A stretch of DNA of 36,876 nt from Eremomyces bilateralis CBS 781.70 (taxonomy: Eukaryota). The stretch lies in NCBI GenBank assembly GCA_010015585.1, contig ML975172.1; one strand, given 5' to 3'. Of this stretch, positions 34,128 through 36,876 are shown piece by piece. The position numbers and the translations under genes were made by a program. Every line of letters starts with the position of its first letter. Position 1 is the stretch's first letter. The notes below the pieces were generated by a model, which saw only the letters and a list, made by a program, of their open reading frames with translations, was not told the origin of the DNA and made no database searches.

Positions 34128-36379
34128 ATGGGTCTCCTCAAGAAGAAAAGAGGATCCAATGGGCAACCCCATCCCCAAGCTGAGGTTCGGTCGAGCGATT
34201 CAGCTTCAGAGTCGCAGCCAGTGATGACGCAAGAGGCTCTGGATTTAAACATCAGTCAAGCGGAGTTTGCAACTGGCGGTCCATTCCAAAATTACGACTG
34301 GGAATTCCGTGATAGTTCTCGAGATTCGATCGGTACAGGATCCGCAGCAGGGTGGTCAAGAAGTGTAAGAACAGATCAACTCGACGCAAGGGATGTAGAT
34401 TAACGCTGGACAGACCACGAGACCACACTCGTACGGTCAAGATATTGACGTGATAGTAAGTAACGCATATCCATCGTCAAGTTGTCATCGCTCACCTTGA
34501 CGTAGACACCGGTGCAGCCTGCTGCAAATCCAACGGGACTTCGACATGCGTCCACTCTGGTCAGCGAATTGCCAAGTGCTGCCATGAGCGGCGCTACACT
34601 TGCTGGTGATCCTGAGAAGGGCGATGCTATTGTCACAAGGGGTATCGTTCCATCCAGCTCGGGCTCGTCAACAGACGAGAAGAAGGAGGCGAAGACCGAT
34701 GTGAAATCAGAGCATAATAACCTTGACAACATCCCACCGAAGAAACCTGGAATTTTCCGCCGAATCTACCTTACCTTCCGGAGAACATACTGCCCCCTCG
34801 AAGATCCACCGTTAGTCCTCCCATCCGGACCGACAGACGAGGAGAAATACTTCTATATCCATACGAATCGAATCCCGCTATACATACTCGGGGTCCTTGC
34901 GTTTTTGAGTCTGTCTGCCGGAATGTGGCTGTTCGCGCTTTGCTCCGTCATTTTCAGTTGGTTTGGGTTTTTCGTCGGCCTCTTGCAGATATACCTCCTT
35001 ATCTCGTACTTTGTCGGCGTCATTGGAAAGGACTTCGATCTCGCCTCACACGACAGCTTGTTGGAAGAGTTTCCAGTAAATGAGAAGACCGCGCCGACGG
35101 TGGATATTTACTTGCCGTGCTGCAAGGAGCCTTTGGAGATCTTGGAGAACACATACAACCATATTTCCAAGCTCGAGTATCCGAAAGGGAAGCTTCAGGT
35201 ACATGTGATGGATGATGGAAATATGGAGGAGGTGCGGCTGCTTGCAGAAAGGTATGGATTCCATTACTCGGTTCGCGACGATCGACCGCGCTTGAAGAAG
35301 GCTGGAAACCTCCGATGGACCTTTGCGAGAACAAGCGCCGATTTTTTTGCTATTTTCGATGCCGATTTCTGTCCCCGATCCGATTTTCTATTGGAGTTGA
35401 TGCCGGAGCATTTAGCGGATAACAAGACGGCAATTGTGCAGACTCCTCAATTCTTCCGAGTCCGAGAGGATCAGACTTGGGTGGAGCAAGGAGCGGGGGC
35501 GACGCAGGAACTCTTCTACCGAGTTGTGCAGGTGAACAGGAACAAATGGGGTGCCTCGATCTGTGTTGGCAGCAACGCGATGTATAGACGGGAGGCCCTG
35601 GAACCGGTTGGTGGAACGGCAGAGATCGGTTTCTCTGAGGATGTGCATACCGGGTTCGGCGCAGTTGACCGGGGTTGGAAGGTCAAATACATACCCATTT
35701 GCCTGGCGACCGGCGTTTGTCCAGACAATCCCCGAGCATTCTTCTCGCAGCAGATGCGTTGGGCTCGTGGTTCGACAACGCTGTTGACGAACCCACATTT
35801 CTGGACGTCGAACCTGTCACTCATGCAGAAAGTCTGCTACCTGTGTGGTAAGTCAGATCCTTATTGCCTCATCACCATTCGCACGTGCTTACCCGAAAGA
35901 CAGGTCTAATGTACTACTCCGCCATATCTCTCTCCATCTTCATCTCTCCAATTCCCGGTATCCTCCTCCTCTGGCTCCGTCCCGAGTACTTCAAATACTA
36001 CAACCTCGCCTTCGCCATCCCCTCGATTGTCTACGGCCTCCTTCTATTCCGCTTCTGGGCCAAAGCCAAATATGGCATGAATGTCCAACATATCATGGTC
36101 ATCCAGTCGTACGCGTATTTAACCGCCATCAAAGATCGACTTCTGGGGATCAACCTGCACTGGGTGCCGTCCGGAGATGCGAAGGCCCATAAGAACCACA
36201 AATACCGCAACATGCGGATACTCTGCTGGACATGGACCTTCTTTACTCTTGGTGGTATGATTTCGGCGGTCGTATGGCGGCTGACGCATGATCTTCCATG
36301 GTATCATACCCTACCATTGATCATTCTCAGTGTGTACAACACGTATCTTGCACATTACTTTCTCTTATATTGTGGTTGA
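34128..36379 (+). CDS. Processive GT2 cellulose-synthase-like (BcsA/CelA-type) beta-glycan synthase, about 698 aa. Exons 34128-34364, 34414-34455, 34506-35847, 35904-36379
   Basis: Two N-terminal TM helices; VDIYLPCCKEP; DDG; KKAGNL; FDADF (DxD); VQTPQFF; VGSNAMYRR; SEDVHTG (TED-like); QQMRW (QxxRW); C-terminal TM helices. Introns 34365-34413, 34456-34505 and 35848-35903 keep the frame. The first two exons are less certain; there is an alternative ATG at 34585. Confidence 0.92.
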
Positions 36380-36794
36380 CCGGGGGAAATTGGAAATGAC
36401 TTGGGGACTTAGACAAGTAATGAAGCGATTTAATATTGCATGACTATGGAAACAAGGAAAGGGAAATAGACTGAGATGATAATAGACTAATAGGTCGAAT
36501 CTTGGTTCCAGCTAGGTACATGGAATAAGAAGGGATTGAAGATTTGACTGTTACATCACTTCGCAGGTGATGTTGAAGTCGGCTCCAGCAGGCAGGTTGC
36601 TTGAAAACGGCCAACCGGTACAATGTTCAGCGCAGTCAGAAAAAGTGAAACTTGCCTTACGTTTTCTCTTGTCGACATCGCGTTCTTTGCGGAATATTCG
36701 CAGTTCTTCACGAGGAATTGGTGAGGTTCCGGTGGTTGATAACTGCAGCGTACGACTGTAGAAACACGTGGTTTGGCGATTCCCGCAGGCCAAA

Positions 36795-36816
36795 GACGCG
36801 TCCCCGACGCGTCCCC
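36795..36816. promoter_or_regulatory. 11-bp direct repeat GACGCGTCCCC x2, each copy containing an MCB-like element (ACGCGT); E-box CACGTG nearby (36765-36770)
   Basis: Directly visible; ACGCGT at 36796-36801 and 36807-36812. Likely part of the promoter of a gene beyond the right edge (inference). Confidence 0.4.
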
Positions 36817-36876
36817 AGCAGGCGGACCACCCACGACCCAACACCCGCAACGGAGTGGGAGAACAAAATGGACGGA

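Noticed and set aside
34393..34403. Apparent premature stops (ATG-TAG, TAA) in the GT2 5' region suggesting a pseudogene or RNA editing
   Set aside because: Both fall inside the predicted 49-nt intron 34365-34413 (GTAAGA...TTAAC...CAG).
36551..36876. Minus-strand ORFs at the right edge as the 3' end of another gene
   Set aside because: None of the three frames gave a recognisable protein; the motif content fits promoter DNA at least as well.
1..36876. Prokaryotic-style systems (CRISPR array, operons, defence islands)
   Set aside because: The window is intron-containing fungal DNA with no repeat-spacer arrays or bacterial gene organisation.

Overview
Eukaryotic genomic DNA from a filamentous ascomycete (Pezizomycotina-type): short GT-AG introns with CTAAC/CTGAC branch points break up most of the supplied ORFs. 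I reconstructed nine genes by hand, checking reading-frame continuity across each intron. Left to right: a giant DUF3638/DUF3645-type P-loop protein (>2,760 aa, runs off the left edge); RBM39/Rsd1/PAD-1 splicing factor; SCS7 sphingolipid fatty-acid 2-hydroxylase; SDA1; PTC6-like PP2C phosphatase; succinate-semialdehyde dehydrogenase; an atypical-SDR NAD(P)-binding protein; a predicted GPI-anchored GH12 glucanase; and a divergently transcribed cellulose-synthase-like GT2. A ~6-kb gap between SCS7 and SDA1 holds an orphan ORF and an apparently decayed frame. Best leads: (1) the head-to-head GT2 synthase plus surface-anchored GH12 pair, a candidate fungal beta-glucan synthesis/processing module; (2) a SecA-like SF2 motif set in the giant DUF3638 protein; (3) a canonical intron in the RBM39 3' UTR that suggests NMD-coupled autoregulation; (4) alternating C-rich/G-rich synonymous-codon blocks in several genes. 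I found no tRNA, rRNA, CRISPR array or intact transposon. Family assignments come from recognising motifs, not from database searches.
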